Positions 1 to 11,033 of a stretch of DNA of 64,000 nucleotides are shown piece after piece. Numbering within the stretch: position 1 is the stretch's first letter; each line of letters opens with the position of its first letter. Position numbers and translations under genes: made by a program. The stretch is from Cyanophora paradoxa CCMP329 (Eukaryota; Plantae; Glaucophyta). The stretch lies in assembly GCA_004431415.1 (NCBI GenBank), contig QPMI01000043.1:1-64000 (forward strand), read 5' to 3'. The notes under the pieces are model-generated. The model ran no database searches. It had not been told where the DNA came from and was given only the letters and a program-made list of their open reading frames with translations.

Positions 1-581
1 GAGCAGCTGCGCGCCAGCGCGCCCCCGTCGGCCGGGGACGCCGACGCGTGGGCGGAGCGGCGCGCGGCGGCCCGCACCTCCCGCACTTCCTTCTGGTTGT
101 GCTGGGAGTAGATCTGCGCTCGGAGTCGGCCGGCGGGTCGGTCGGCGGCGGGGAGGCGGGGCGCGCGCCTTCCAGAAGGGCTCGAGGGGCCCGCCGGCGG
201 CGAGCATGAGCTTGGCGGCGCCGCCGGGGTGCCCGGCCACGAACTCCGTCACGTCGTACACGGCGCCGTCGAACGTCACCCAAATGCCCGTCTCCGCCGT
301 CTTGTGCTTCGCCACCTCGGCCCGCGAGTAGGTCGGCCACTCCTTCTTGCCTTTCTTGGCCGGCGCGTGACCCGCCTCCAGCTCCGCGCGCGGCATGAAC
401 GCCGCGGCGCCCGCGCCGATGACGACGGCGGTGCCGCAGATCGCAACGGCGCGCACCAGCGCCGGCGAGTGGCGCCGGGCGGCCGCCGACAGGGCCGCGC
501 GCGCGGACCTGTGGCACCGGGCTCAGGGGCGCGGCGCGCTACGAGAGGAAAGCGTCCGACGCACCGGAAAGCGCCCCGCAT
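1..581 (-). CDS. SUOX: Mitochondrial sulfite oxidase, N-terminal part (presequence plus cytochrome b5 heme domain); runs off the left edge
   Basis: Spliced translation [20 protein letters not shown]...[58 protein letters not shown]|[12 protein letters not shown]|LL matches the sulfite oxidase b5 domain ([18 protein letters not shown]). Three introns, one GC-AG. Confidence 0.9.
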
Positions 582-910
582 CCCTGATCGATTCGCCTTT
601 TTGCAGGGGGTACGCAGTAGTGCAACAGAGATTAGCCTACCCGAAGGGCGTTCCGTAGATCGCGGGAGGTGGAGCGGTACTGTGGTTGCTCGCAATGCAT
701 ATGACACCGCTGGCCTTCTCGGGCCCGGTCGCGGGCGTTTTCGGACGTGTGCATAGGACGGACGGCACGGCAGCGCCCGCGCTAGCAGCGCACTCCGAAC
801 GTGCGAGAGTTTGTGTCTACGCGAAAATTCGAGCACGTCCGGCGTGGACGGGAGCGCCGATCAGGCTCGAGTCCCGCCGCGAAGCCGCCCTGGGCGTCGC
901 CTTCTCCCCC

Positions 911-2415
911 ATGGCCGTCGAGCACTCGGCGGCTGCTGCAACAGCGTCCAGAGCGACGGCAACTGCGGCAGCGTCCAGGGCGGCTGCTGCAGCAGCAGCG
1001 TCCAGAGCGGCGGCGGCTGCAGCGCTCAAATTGCCGCCCTGGGTGCCTCCGGTTTGTCAAGCAGCGATCCGGGCGATGCACGCCGGCGGGCTGTATCGGG
1101 CAGCCGAAGCGTCGTCCTTCGTCATCCTATGCTTCATCTGGCCATACATAAGGAGGAGGCTGCTGGTGCGGGGCAAGTACGGCGCGGTCTCCTTCGCCCT
1201 CTCCGAGGTGCAGCAGCTACGGCACACGCCCTACCACACCTCGGTGCTCTGCGGCATCTGCCTCAAGCCCATTGACGAGCGGCCCTGGAAGGCCAAGCTC
1301 AACTGCGGCCACAAGTGCGCGCCGTGCCTCCAGCCGGCCGCCGCGCGCGGCTGTGGCCATGCTCGCCGCTCACTTCCGCCTGCGCCGGCGCAGCTTCCAC
1401 CCAAAGTGCCTGCAGGAGCGCGGCGAGGAGGTCGCGTGCACCGTCTGCGGTGCGATCCGTCCGCCCCCGTCCCCGCCCCTCGCTCTCGCTGAAGCTCGCG
1501 CGCGCCTGGCGGGCAGGCGGGGCCGCGGCCGGAGCCGGTGGGCGGCCCGGGGTGGCGACGGAGGAGTACGTCAAGGGCGCCCTGCGCCTCATCCGCGTGC
1601 GCCCGGCGGCCCGGCGGGCGGCGCGCGGCGCCCCTCCTCACGGGGCGCGGGCGGGCAGGCGCGGTTCGGCGAGCTGGTGCCTGCGGGGGCTGAGGAGTCC
1701 TTCCAAGCGGCCTCCAGCCCCATCCTCTACAGCCTCGACAACGCTCTCGCCGGCAGGCCCGCCCGCCCCCGCCCGGCTCCGCTCCGCCCCCGCCGACCGC
1801 GCGCGCAGGACGGCGCCGGCGGGGCTGGGGCAGCGCGCAGCGTGGGCGGCCTGGTGGGTGGCGGCCGCCGGGGGCCTTTTCGGGCTCTTCTGGGCCCTCG
1901 CCGGCCGCTTCCCGCAGCGCTTCGCCCTCTGGTGCGCCTTCAGGGCCTGGCAATCTCTAGCCGACTTGACACGCGCCGAACTCGCAAGAGGAAATCACTG
2001 CATTCGAATTCCACGAGCAAATTAGATTCAAGCGTGCAGAGTTCGCCTTAGGCGCGCTGCCTCTGCTCTGGCCGTCTAGACCTTGAAAAGAGCGGCCATC
2101 GTGTGGTTGCGGGTGCGGCTCGCGGGCCTGCGAGGCTGACCGGGCGGCGCGTGCAGGTTCGCCTTCTTCCGGCTGAACTTCCCCGCCCTGCTGGAGACGA
2201 AGGGGGCGCCGGAGAGGCAGGAGCGGGCGGCGCTGGCTGCGCTGCTGGCCTTCCTCGCGTGCGCCGGCCTCGCGGCGGGGCTCTCCTACGTGGCGCCCCT
2301 CGTGCCCCAGCGATGGGCCTTCGCCTTCCCCCTCTTGTGCGGCTTCGCCTGGTCCCTACTCGTCCCCACCAAGCGGCCCCCGGGCGGCAAGGGCAGGGGG
2401 CCCCCCGCCCCCTGA
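911..2415 (+). CDS. RING-H2-like zinc-finger membrane protein (putative E3 ligase)
   Basis: Spliced CGICLKPIDERPWKAKLNCGHN|FHPKCLQERGEEVACTVCG, followed by several hydrophobic segments; last exon 2158-2415 ends TGA. Start codon and last donor site are uncertain. Ala-rich tandem repeat at about 930-1025. Confidence 0.65.
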
Positions 2416-2523
2416 CCCCACCCGAGCCCCCGAGCGCCGAGTTGAGCTCTGCTGCTGTGGATCCATTGTACATGTACAGGGGCCGCGCCGGCCGCCGGGG
2501 TCTGCGGAGATGGGGATCGGGGG

Positions 2524-5205
2524 CTACATGTCGTCGTCCTGCGGGGGAGGGCGTGAGGGGCGGGCGGGGCGGGGCGGGGCGCGGGGGGCGGGCGGGGCGG
2601 GGCGGGGCGGGGCGGGCCACGGGGCTGTTGGCGGATCGCCAGGAGCGCTCCCAGTCGAAGAGGCCGGAGGAGCGGCCGCCGATGCCGGCGCGGGGGCCCC
2701 GCGCGAGCTCCCCCGAGGAGGCCCCGAGCCCCGCCGCGCCTTCGGCGACGTCGCCGGGATCACTGCCCGCCCCGTCAGAGCCGCCCCGCGGCGAGGCGGC
2801 CGCCGGCGGGGGGCGCACCGCGGGGGATGTTGGGTTCGGGGGAGGCCGGCGCAGGCCCCCACGGCTCCCCGTCCGCCGCTGCCGGCGCGACGGGCAGCGT
2901 GAGGCGCGGTCGGGGCGGGCGGGGCGGGGCGGGGCGGGGCGGACAGGAGGGGGGCGGGGAGGAGGAGGGGCGGGAGGAGAAGTCGAGGGAGCGGGAGAGG
3001 AGGGCGCGCGAGGGCGTCGTCGGCGTCGTTGCCGCCCCCGAGCTGCCCCCGCCGCTGCTCCCCGCCCCCCGACCCGGCATCCGGTCCCGCCCCGGGCCCG
3101 GCTCCCACGGCGGCAGCGCCGACGCCCGCCGCGCCTGCCTTGATTGAGGCGAGGCGAGGTCGGGGGCGGGGGGCGGGGCGGGGCGGGGCGGACGCGGTGG
3201 GAGCGGGCCTCCTCGCGGGCGCGCTGCTCGGCGGCCTCCTCCTCCCGCATCGCGTCCAGGTAGCGCCGCCCGCTGCGCCCCCTCGCTCGGCCCGGCCGCG
3301 CCCCGAAATGGAGGCCGGCGGGGGCGCACTTGATGACGAAGAAGCAGCCGTGCTCGGCCTCCCAGCGCTCCACGGCGGCCGCCAGCTTTGCCTTGAGCTG
3401 GCGGCCGCGTGAGGGGCGGAGGGGGGCGGGAGGGGCGGAGGGGGCGGGGCCGCGGGGCGGACGCGGGGCAGGTGGCGCTCGACGGCGGTGCGGAGGCGCT
3501 CCTCGGCGATGAGGTCGTGGCGGCGCGCCTTGCTCGTCAGCCGCTCCGGCTGCGAGGTCAGCGCCAGGTACTCCTCCCGCATCCCCTCCAGCGCCTCCCG
3601 CCGCTCCATCAACTCGAAGATCGGCCGCATCCGCTTCAGCTGCGCCCCCGCGCCGCGCCGCGCCGCCCCGCTCGGCCCTGTCCGCCCCGCGGTGGCGGGC
3701 GAGGGGGCGGGGCGAGGGGCGGACCATGGCCTCGCAGCGGGCGGCCTCCTGCCGGACGGCCTCGAGGGTGCTCTCGTCCCCGGGGCCGCAGTACGCCTCC
3801 TCGAACTTGCGCCGCGCCGCCTCCTCCAGCGCCATCTGCGCCCCGCCGGCCCTCAGCTCGGGCGCGGGGCGAGCGCGCGCTGCGGAGCGCGCCTCGTCCC
3901 AGCGGGCCTCGAGCTCGCGCCGGGCCTCGGCGATGAGGCCCGCCAGCCGCGCCTTCTGCTCCGCCTCCAGCGCCCCCAGCTCCTCCTCGTGCTGCCCGAC
4001 CCCTCAGCCGGCCCCGCGGCGGCGCCGGCGCGGGCGGCGCGCACGGCCTGGAGCGTTGCGAAGGCGAGCGGGGCGGCGGCGGCTCGCTCCAGAAACGCGT
4101 CGCGGCGCGCCCCGGGCACGTCCAGCGACTCCCACATCGCCCGGATCTTCGCCGCCAGGCCCTCCATCTGCCCCGCCGCCCCGCCGCCCCGGCGTCGGTG
4201 CCCGGGGCCCCTACACGCGCGGGGCGGCGGGGCGGTCGCAGGCGCACGTAGAAGGCTCGGTTGGAGCGCTCGCGGCGCCACTTGGCGACGAGGGCGCGCA
4301 GGGCGAGCAGGCCGGCGTCAGAGACGCCAGTCTCGGCCGCGGCGGCGGCCGCCCCGTCGGGGCCCCGCGCCGCCTTCTCCACGGGGTGCTCCAGCTGCGG
4401 GCCGGCGCGTCGGGCAGGCAGGCGGGCGGGCGGGCGGGCGGGCGGGCGCGGGGCCGCACGAGGTCGGAGTGGGCGTCGAGCTCCTCGAGGACGCCCTGCA
4501 GCTGGCCCGCCATCGCCCGCACCTCGTCCTGCCGCGCCTCCTGCGCCCCGCCCCGCGCCGCTGAGCGCCGGCGCGCCGCGGCGGGCCCGGGCGGCGGCGG
4601 CGCACGCGCTCGGCCTGCAGCTGCTCGAGGCTCTTCCCGAAGAAGTCGACGCGGCGCTGCGAGAGGTCCGAGTCCAGCGAGGCGTAGTTCGCGCGCGCCT
4701 CGTCCGGCGCCCCGAACTCGGACAGGAGGCCGAAGATGCGCCCCTGGAGGGCCCCGAGCTGCGCCCGCCGCTCCTCCCGCGCCCGCCGGAGGCCCTCTAG
4801 CTCCTCCTCCGCCAGCCGCGCCCGCACGTCGATGAACTGGCCCACGTCGCTGCTCGCAAGAGCGCTCTCCTCGACGCCCAGCACCGACACCAGCTCGTGG
4901 ATCGCCGCCTGCGACCGCTCCAGCTGCGACTCCACTTCCCGCGCTCTTGTCTGGGCGCGCGTGGCTGCCTCCGCGAAGAAAGCTGTAACCGCATCGCTGA
5001 TCAAAGACAACTCCCGGCTCACGTAGGTATCGCTGTAGCCGGAGAGGCTTGACTTGATGAGGGCCACGCCGGCCGCTGCCACGCGGCCGAGGTCGGCCGC
5101 GGGACGGTTGCGCGGCGGGCTCGCGCTCCCGTTCGCCTGCTTGACCGCCACAGCAACAGGACGTTGCAGGCTGCCCGCGACTGCCGGCAGCGCGCTAGCT
5201 ACCAT
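2524..5205 (-). CDS. MAP65/Ase1/PRC1-family microtubule bundling protein
   Basis: Exon translations RPIFELMERREALEGMREEYLALTSQPERLTSKARRHDLIAEERLRTAVERHLP and LAAAVERWEAEHGCFFVIK..RYLDAM match the conserved MAP65 core; coiled-coil N-terminus; start approximate. Confidence 0.82.
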
Positions 5206-5599
5206 CGCGGCGGCGGCGTTGTGGCGGACTGAGCGCGACCCACCCGTCGAAGTCGCTCGTCTGAGCTCTGCGTGCGTGCAGGTGGGCCACTGGCTCTGAA
5301 CTCCCTCGATTCGAAAGGCGCACGGGGTACAATGCCAAGCCGATAATCGCGGGTTCGAATCTGGCGTGGCCCCAGCGGCGACGGCCTGCTACAGCCGCCC
5401 GGGCTTATGATCAAAGATGTACACAGATCTAGAGAGGGTGTCATTGCGCGCATCTCCTTTGCGGTCCAGCCTCGGCGGCGCGCCGCTTCGGGCGTTCAAC
5501 CCCGAGCGATCCGCATGCAGCACCCGTGTCGAGTCCCAGCTCGGCGTCGCAGTCGGACAAGCTCAAGATTCCGAAGCTCAGCGCGCGAGATTAGATTAG

Positions 5600-6031
5600 A
5601 TGGCTGCAGCTGGCCGGCGCTTCCGAAGCGATGCCGAAGAGGTCTGGCTTGCGCCGAGGGGCGGCGCGGCCGCGGAGGCGTAGCGTAGCTAAGCGATCCG
5701 CCGGTGCAGGACGACGATCGCAGCCTCACGAAAGAGGAGGAGGACGAGGAGCGCGCGCAGCCGCAGAAGCGCCGCCTGCTCCCCAAGCGCGAAGAGATGA
5801 TGCGCCTCTGGAACGTGCGCGGCCGCCCGCCCCGCCCGCGTCACCTCGCCTGCCCCAGCTTTCGAGGCGCCGCGACGGCGCCGGGCGGCCCCTCGCGGCT
5901 CCCCCGGGCCGCTCGCGGCGGGGCGGGGGTGACGGGGGCGGGGGCAGCTGGCGAGGCCGGAGGCGCCGATCCTGCTGACCGCCATCGCGTGCCTGGGCGT
6001 CGCCTCCGCCACCAGCGTCGCCTTCCCCAAG
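5600..6031 (+). pseudogene. Truncated N-terminal fragment of an ABCB-type half transporter
   Basis: Spliced EEMMRLWN|LARPEAPILLTAIACLGVASATSVAFPK resembles the elbow helix and first TM of ABCB10/MDL/TAP proteins. No recognisable continuation follows the next donor. Confidence 0.45.
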
Positions 6032-6307
6032 GCCCGCCCCCGCCCGCCTGCACGCCCCCGCCCCCTGGCCCCGCCCCCCGCACAGGAGCCTCGCGATTGG
6101 AACAAGACCGTCGGACGCACGTGCGTGCGATCCCCGCCCGCTGCTTATTGTAAGGATTCGCGTCAGAGGCTGCCGGGTCCGCGTCCACCGATCCACGCGC
6201 CCTTTGAGGCGCTAGGCTTCGATTTCCCGTGCACGCTACGTGCGCAACCCCCGTGCCCGGCCCCTACAGCTAGTGCCCGACCGCGTCGCCTCCACGCGCC
6301 CCATCCC

Positions 6308-6416
6308 GGACCCCCCCCCCCCCCTCCCCCCCCCGCCCCCCCCCCCCCCCCCCGGTCCCCCCCGGGCCCCCTCCTCGAGAAGCTCCACCCCCGGCCCCTT
6401 CCCCGGCCCCCCCCCG
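6308..6416. repeat. Poly-C-rich tract
   Basis: Long C homopolymer runs seen directly. Confidence 0.9.
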
Positions 6417-6559
6417 AGCTCAAGCCTCGGACAGTCGATGTAAAAAACGAGCTGTTGCAATGCGCTGCAGCTGCCAGGCTCATCAAGCTGCGAGCTTTCC
6501 ATACTAATTAGTTATATTTTTCAACAGACTGAACAGGCACTATTGCGACTTCCTGAGCT

Positions 6560-6760
6560 CAAGCGGGTCACGAATCTGCGCAGGCGCAAGCTAGTGCTCG
6601 AGTACAGCGAGATGTGTTGGGCAGCGGCGCGCGGCAGGTACGTATACTCCGAGGCTCGCAAAATACCAGCTAGGATGCAATGCAGGATCACGGATCGGGA
6701 TTCGGGCCGGCTGAACGCCGCCTGTCGTGTTTTCGAGGATTGAAACCAGCGTTGGTACCG
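6560..6760 (+). repeat. Diverged direct repeat, copy 1 (copy 2 at 8444-8621)
   Basis: Shares CAAGCGGGTCACGAATCTGCGCAG, GCTAGTGCTCGAGTA, TACCAGCTAGGATGC and TGCAGGATCACGGATCGGGATTCGGG with 8444-8621. Confidence 0.9.
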
Positions 6761-7098
6761 GTCTAGTGAGAGAATCGAGTGTCTACGGAGGTGAAGTGCT
6801 GCTGGAAGGTCATAGGCGCGGGTGGAGGCCGGGGTGGGGGCGGCGGGGGTCTGCGAGGCGGGAGGGGTCTCCCGCGACACGCCTCCCGCATGACTCAGTG
6901 AGCTCCCGCCTGGCCTCCCCCCTGAGCGCCCACCCCTGGACTCCTGCTCCTGACTCCTGCATGGCCTGCTCCTGACTCGCCTCCTGGTCCCGCTGCTACT
7001 GCTGCAGGTCGGCCGGTCCCCGCCAGAATGCATCCCGCAGGCGCTGCAGGCGCCCCCAGTTGACGAACACCAGACCAGGAGCCTCGGAGAGAAGCGCT

Positions 7099-8229
7099 TC
7101 ATATCGTCGTAGCCCAGCTCGAACCGCCGCGGGACCTGGTCGTTGTCAGGGCGTTTCGCAGGGTCTCTATGAGCTCGTTGCGCACCTCGTCGATGCGCGT
7201 CGTCAGGGCCTTGCGCAGGGTCTCCCGGAGCTCGGAGATGCTGGTGTCGCAGGCCCGGCGCCACCAATACAGCTCGGGCGGGTTGTAGCGGATGAAGATT
7301 ACGGGCCACCCGTAATGCTCCGCGATCTGTTCCGCGAGGAGGCGCTCTGTTGCGCACAGGTAACCTCCCGTGCGGCTGCAGTCGCAGAAGATCCCGTGTA
7401 GGGCTGGGCACAGTCCGACTTTTCCCCCACCGGGTCGGTGGGCCCGCTGACTGTTACCCACCGGTGGCGGTCGGTGGAGGTGGGGGTACGTGCTACAGTG
7501 CGTGAAAATTGACATGAAATACGCTAAATTCTGCACAGCTTCAAGGCGCTACGCGCCTACTCTGTTCCCAACTGTCTGAAGCAAGTGCTTTGGGGCGAGT
7601 TCCGAAAGTTCAAGCCAGTTGTGGGGGAGGCCGGGGTGGTTGATGCTCAGAAGGGGTACGGGATATCGCGATCGATGGCGTCAGCTCCCTTGGGCTCCGT
7701 CGGATTGAAGAGCACAGGAGCGCAGGAGAGCAGGAAGATGAACTAAGCAGGACTTTCCTGGCCTGGGTGCACGGAATATGTAACTTTCGCGCGCGAGAAT
7801 ATGAAATTTTCGCGAGCCTACCCCCCCTAGAATTTTAATTTGTATGGTACCGGGCGTTGTATGGCGGTGGGCCAGATTTTCCACCCGGTCGGTCGGTGGG
7901 AGGTCGCCACTGCCACCGGCCGCCACCGGCCCAGCCCTAATCCCGTGCTGCCACTCGTCGACCTCGACCACAACGACGCGGTCGGGCCAGACGATCAAGA
8001 TGTCTGGCCGAGGGCAACCCCAGGACGAGAGGACGAAGGCGGAAAGCGTAAGGCGGGAGACGAACGCCAGCACATGGCCCAGAACCCTGAGCTCGACGCT
8101 GCGCACGCATCGTCATTCTCCGCGCTGCGCGCTGCACTGCGCGCTGCGCGCGCACCACTCATCGCGCTGCAGGGCATCCGGGTCGTGCCAGTGCGCCCGG
8201 GCGACGGCGAGCCTGTCCCGCTTGACCAT
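7099..8229 (-). pseudogene. PD-(D/E)XK (Vsr/DUF559-like) endonuclease gene interrupted by a MITE
   Basis: Removing intron 8099-8155 and the MITE plus one target-site copy gives MVKRDRL...CPRPDILIVWPDRVVVVEVDEWQHGIFCDCSRTGGYLCATERLLAEQIAEHYGWPVIFIRYNPPE... in one frame; motifs RPD, EVDExQH and FIRYNP. Confidence 0.75.
7399..7939. mobile_element. Non-autonomous hAT-type DNA transposon (MITE), 541 bp
   Basis: 11-bp terminal inverted repeats TAGGGCTGGGC (7399-7409) and GCCCAGCCCTA (7929-7939); perfect 8-bp target-site duplication ATCCCGTG (7391-7398, 7940-7947); subterminal CCACC/GGTCGGTGG repeats; AT-richer non-coding interior. Confidence 0.92.
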
Positions 8230-8443
8230 CGCTCGACACGAGGGGAAAAAGGCGAGGGGAAGGCATCGCCTTGAAGAAGCTCAGTATGTAAACCCACCGC
8301 GCACGGCTGCTAGGCTCTCGAGCTATCTTCAAGAGCTTCGCCTGTCGGCCGCTGGAGACTCGAGAGTACCAGTGCGGGGGCAGGGATATCAAGCGAGCTG
8401 TGCTGCGAGCTTCGATCTCCTGTAGCCAACGACGGCCTGTGCG

Positions 8444-8621
8444 CAAGCGGGTCACGAATCTGCGCAGACGCGAGCTAGTGCTCGAGTAGTGAGATGTGCT
8501 GGGCAGCGGTGCGGGACAGGTGCTCGCAGAATTACCAGCTAGGATGCGATGCAGGATCACGGATCGGGATTCGGGAGGGCCGAACGCCGCCCTGTTTTCG
8601 AGGAAGCCAGCGTGGGTACGG
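8444..8621 (+). repeat. Diverged direct repeat, copy 2, immediately upstream of RACK1
   Basis: Aligns with 6560-6760. Confidence 0.9.
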
Positions 8622-8656
8622 CTTTGGGAGGGGGGAAAGGGTTAGTACCGGGAATC

Positions 8657-10284
8657 ATGGCGGGTGCGACCAGGCCTCCTCGCGATCCTGCTCGCCTGGG
8701 CGCCCACGGCGGGGTGCAATCGTTAGATCTGGTCCTAGACTAGAGCTCGGGACCGCTAGCGCGCCCCTGGACTCCTCCAGCCACAGCTCGCCCCCTGTCC
8801 TCACTCCGCTCCTCCGCAGCCGAGGCGATGAACTTCCGCGGCCAGCTGAAGGGCCATTCGGGCTGGGTGACGGCTATTGCCGCCCCGCTCGACAACAACG
8901 ACATGATCTTGTCCGCCAGCCGTGGTACGCGGCGCGGCGCGCCGTGCAGCTCGCTCTCCTATTGTCAGCTTAGTGAGCTGACGCACTTCGCTGTGCGCTC
9001 TGCGCCCACCTGCAGACAAGACCGTGATCGTCTGGAGCCTCACCCGCGAGGAGGGCAACTACGGCTACGCCAAGCGCGCTCTGCACGGGTTAGCTCGCGT
9101 GCATAGACCCAGCTGCAGCGTTGGAACTCATAGCCTCCCCGCTGGATCAGCGCCTGACGCGCTGTGCCCGCAGCCACGCCCACTTCGTTCAGGATGTCGT
9201 CGTCTCGTCCGATGGCCAGTTCTGCCTGTCGGGCTCGTGGGGTGCGCGCGCCCTACGCTAGGACAGCACAGGCGCGCTGGGCGGAGGGCTGATCGCGCCG
9301 ATGCAGACGGCACCCTGCGCCTGTGGGACCTGAACACCGGCACCACCACCCGCCGCTTCGTCGGCCACACCAAGGTAACCTGGCGATCGTGCCTGCGTGT
9401 GCTGGTCGCGGGATGCAGACGGGGCGCGGTCGGGCGGCGCAGGACGTGCTCTCCGTCGCCTTCTCGGCGGACAACCGCCAGATCGTGTCGGGCTCGCGCG
9501 ACAAGACCGTGAAGCTGTGGAACACCCTCGGCGAGTGCAAGTACACCATCACCGACAAGGCGAGCTCCGCGCCGGGCGCGGCGGCGCCCGCGGAGGGCGA
9601 TCGCGGCGCTGACTCGCGCGCGCGCAGGGCCACTCCGAGTGGGTGTCCTGCGTCCGCTTCTCGCCCTCGACCCAGAACCCGCTCATCGTCTCCGGTGGCT
9701 GGGACCGCGTCGTCAAGGCGAGCTGCTGCGGGCGGGCGCGGGCGCGGCGCCGGGGGGCGGGGCGGCGGTCTGAGGGCGGGCGGGGCGCAGGTGTGGAACC
9801 TGACCAACTGCCAGCTGAAGACCGACCTCGTCGGCCACACCGGCTACATCAACACCGTGACCGTCTCCCCCGACGGCTCCCTGTGCGCCTCGGGCGGCAA
9901 GGACGGCCTGGCCATGCTCTGGGACCTCCAGGCACGCCCCGCCCCGCCCCAGCACCGCCCCGGGCGGCGCGGCGCCGCGGCGGCTGACGGCGGCCGCAGG
10001 AGGGCAAGCACCTGTACATGCTCGACGCGCAGTCGACCATCAACGCGCTGTGCTTCAGCCCGAACCGTTACTGGCTCTGCGCCGCCACCCAGAACTCGAT
10101 CAAGATCTGGGACCTCGAAAGCAAGAGCGTCGTCGACGAGCTCAAGCCCGAGTTCACCGGCGTCGGCAAGAAGAGCCAGCCGCCCCAGTGCACCTCGCTC
10201 GCGTGGTCGTACGACGGCTCCACCCTCTTCGCCGGCTACACCGACTCGATCATCCGCGTCTGGACCGTCGGCTCGGCCCGCTAA
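8657..10284 (+). CDS. RACK1: Receptor for activated C kinase 1 (WD40, 40S ribosomal protein)
   Basis: [16 protein letters not shown]...[64 protein letters not shown]. Seven introns if the ATG GCG G micro-exon at 8657 is used; alternative start 8828. Confidence 0.97.
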
Positions 10285-11033
10285 GCGGCCGACCCCTCGC
10301 ACGCGCCGCCCCGCGGCGCTTACCCTTCAGCATCGCTGCCATTGCCAATTCCCGAGGCCGGCGCCCCCGAAAGCCTGATTTGACGGCGCGGCCGCCCTGT
10401 CTCTGCTCGTCTGTCCCGAAGAATTGAGTGGAGCTCGTTCTAAACGCGCGCTTACGGGGCCCGGAACCGGGGCGTGGCGGGGACAACGCTAGGGGGGACA
10501 CAACAAGCCGATGTAAAATTTCACTGCGAGTCGACGACGTCGACGCTCTTATTACTATTAATAATGATGCACTGCTCGCCGCCGCGGCCGCCTCGAGGCT
10601 CACGATCATCCGGTGACCGACTCCACGTGCATGTCGAATGATCGCCGCTTCCGGTTCGGAGCTCGAGCGAGGACCGGAGATCTAGATAATCGATATCGCA
10701 TTATGCTCGTGCTCAGCCTGGCAACGGAACTACTTAACACTACAGCTACCTATCTACATCATCTGCTTTCTGTAACAAAACGTGAACTGAGGACTGAATG
10801 CCCGGAACTCAGGATCCTAGAAGCTTAAATGAAACGCATACATGATGACTGATCATAAAAGGGGAATAAAATAAGGCTGCGAAGTAGTGTAGGAACTCCT
10901 AAGAACATCGAGTTATCTACGCGCTTCAAACGCGAACCGGATCTGCAATATAGATGGAAAGGACACCTGGATCGATCGAATTCGAGGGCGGCAAAGCGGC
11001 GAGAAATGCTGCGCCGTGCGCCGCTGGCAGGGT

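Noticed and set aside
1943-2157. Possible GG-AG intron in the RING gene
   Set aside because: A GC donor at 1950 gives an in-frame join, so a non-canonical donor is not required.
6308-6416. Poly-C here and poly-G at 45557-45597 as ends of one giant element
   Set aside because: Flanks do not match convincingly, there is no target-site duplication, and housekeeping genes lie between.
10560-10960. AT-rich spacer with ATGATGA and CTGA as a possible C/D snoRNA
   Set aside because: The boxes are directly adjacent with no guide region or terminal stem; more likely convergent 3' ends.
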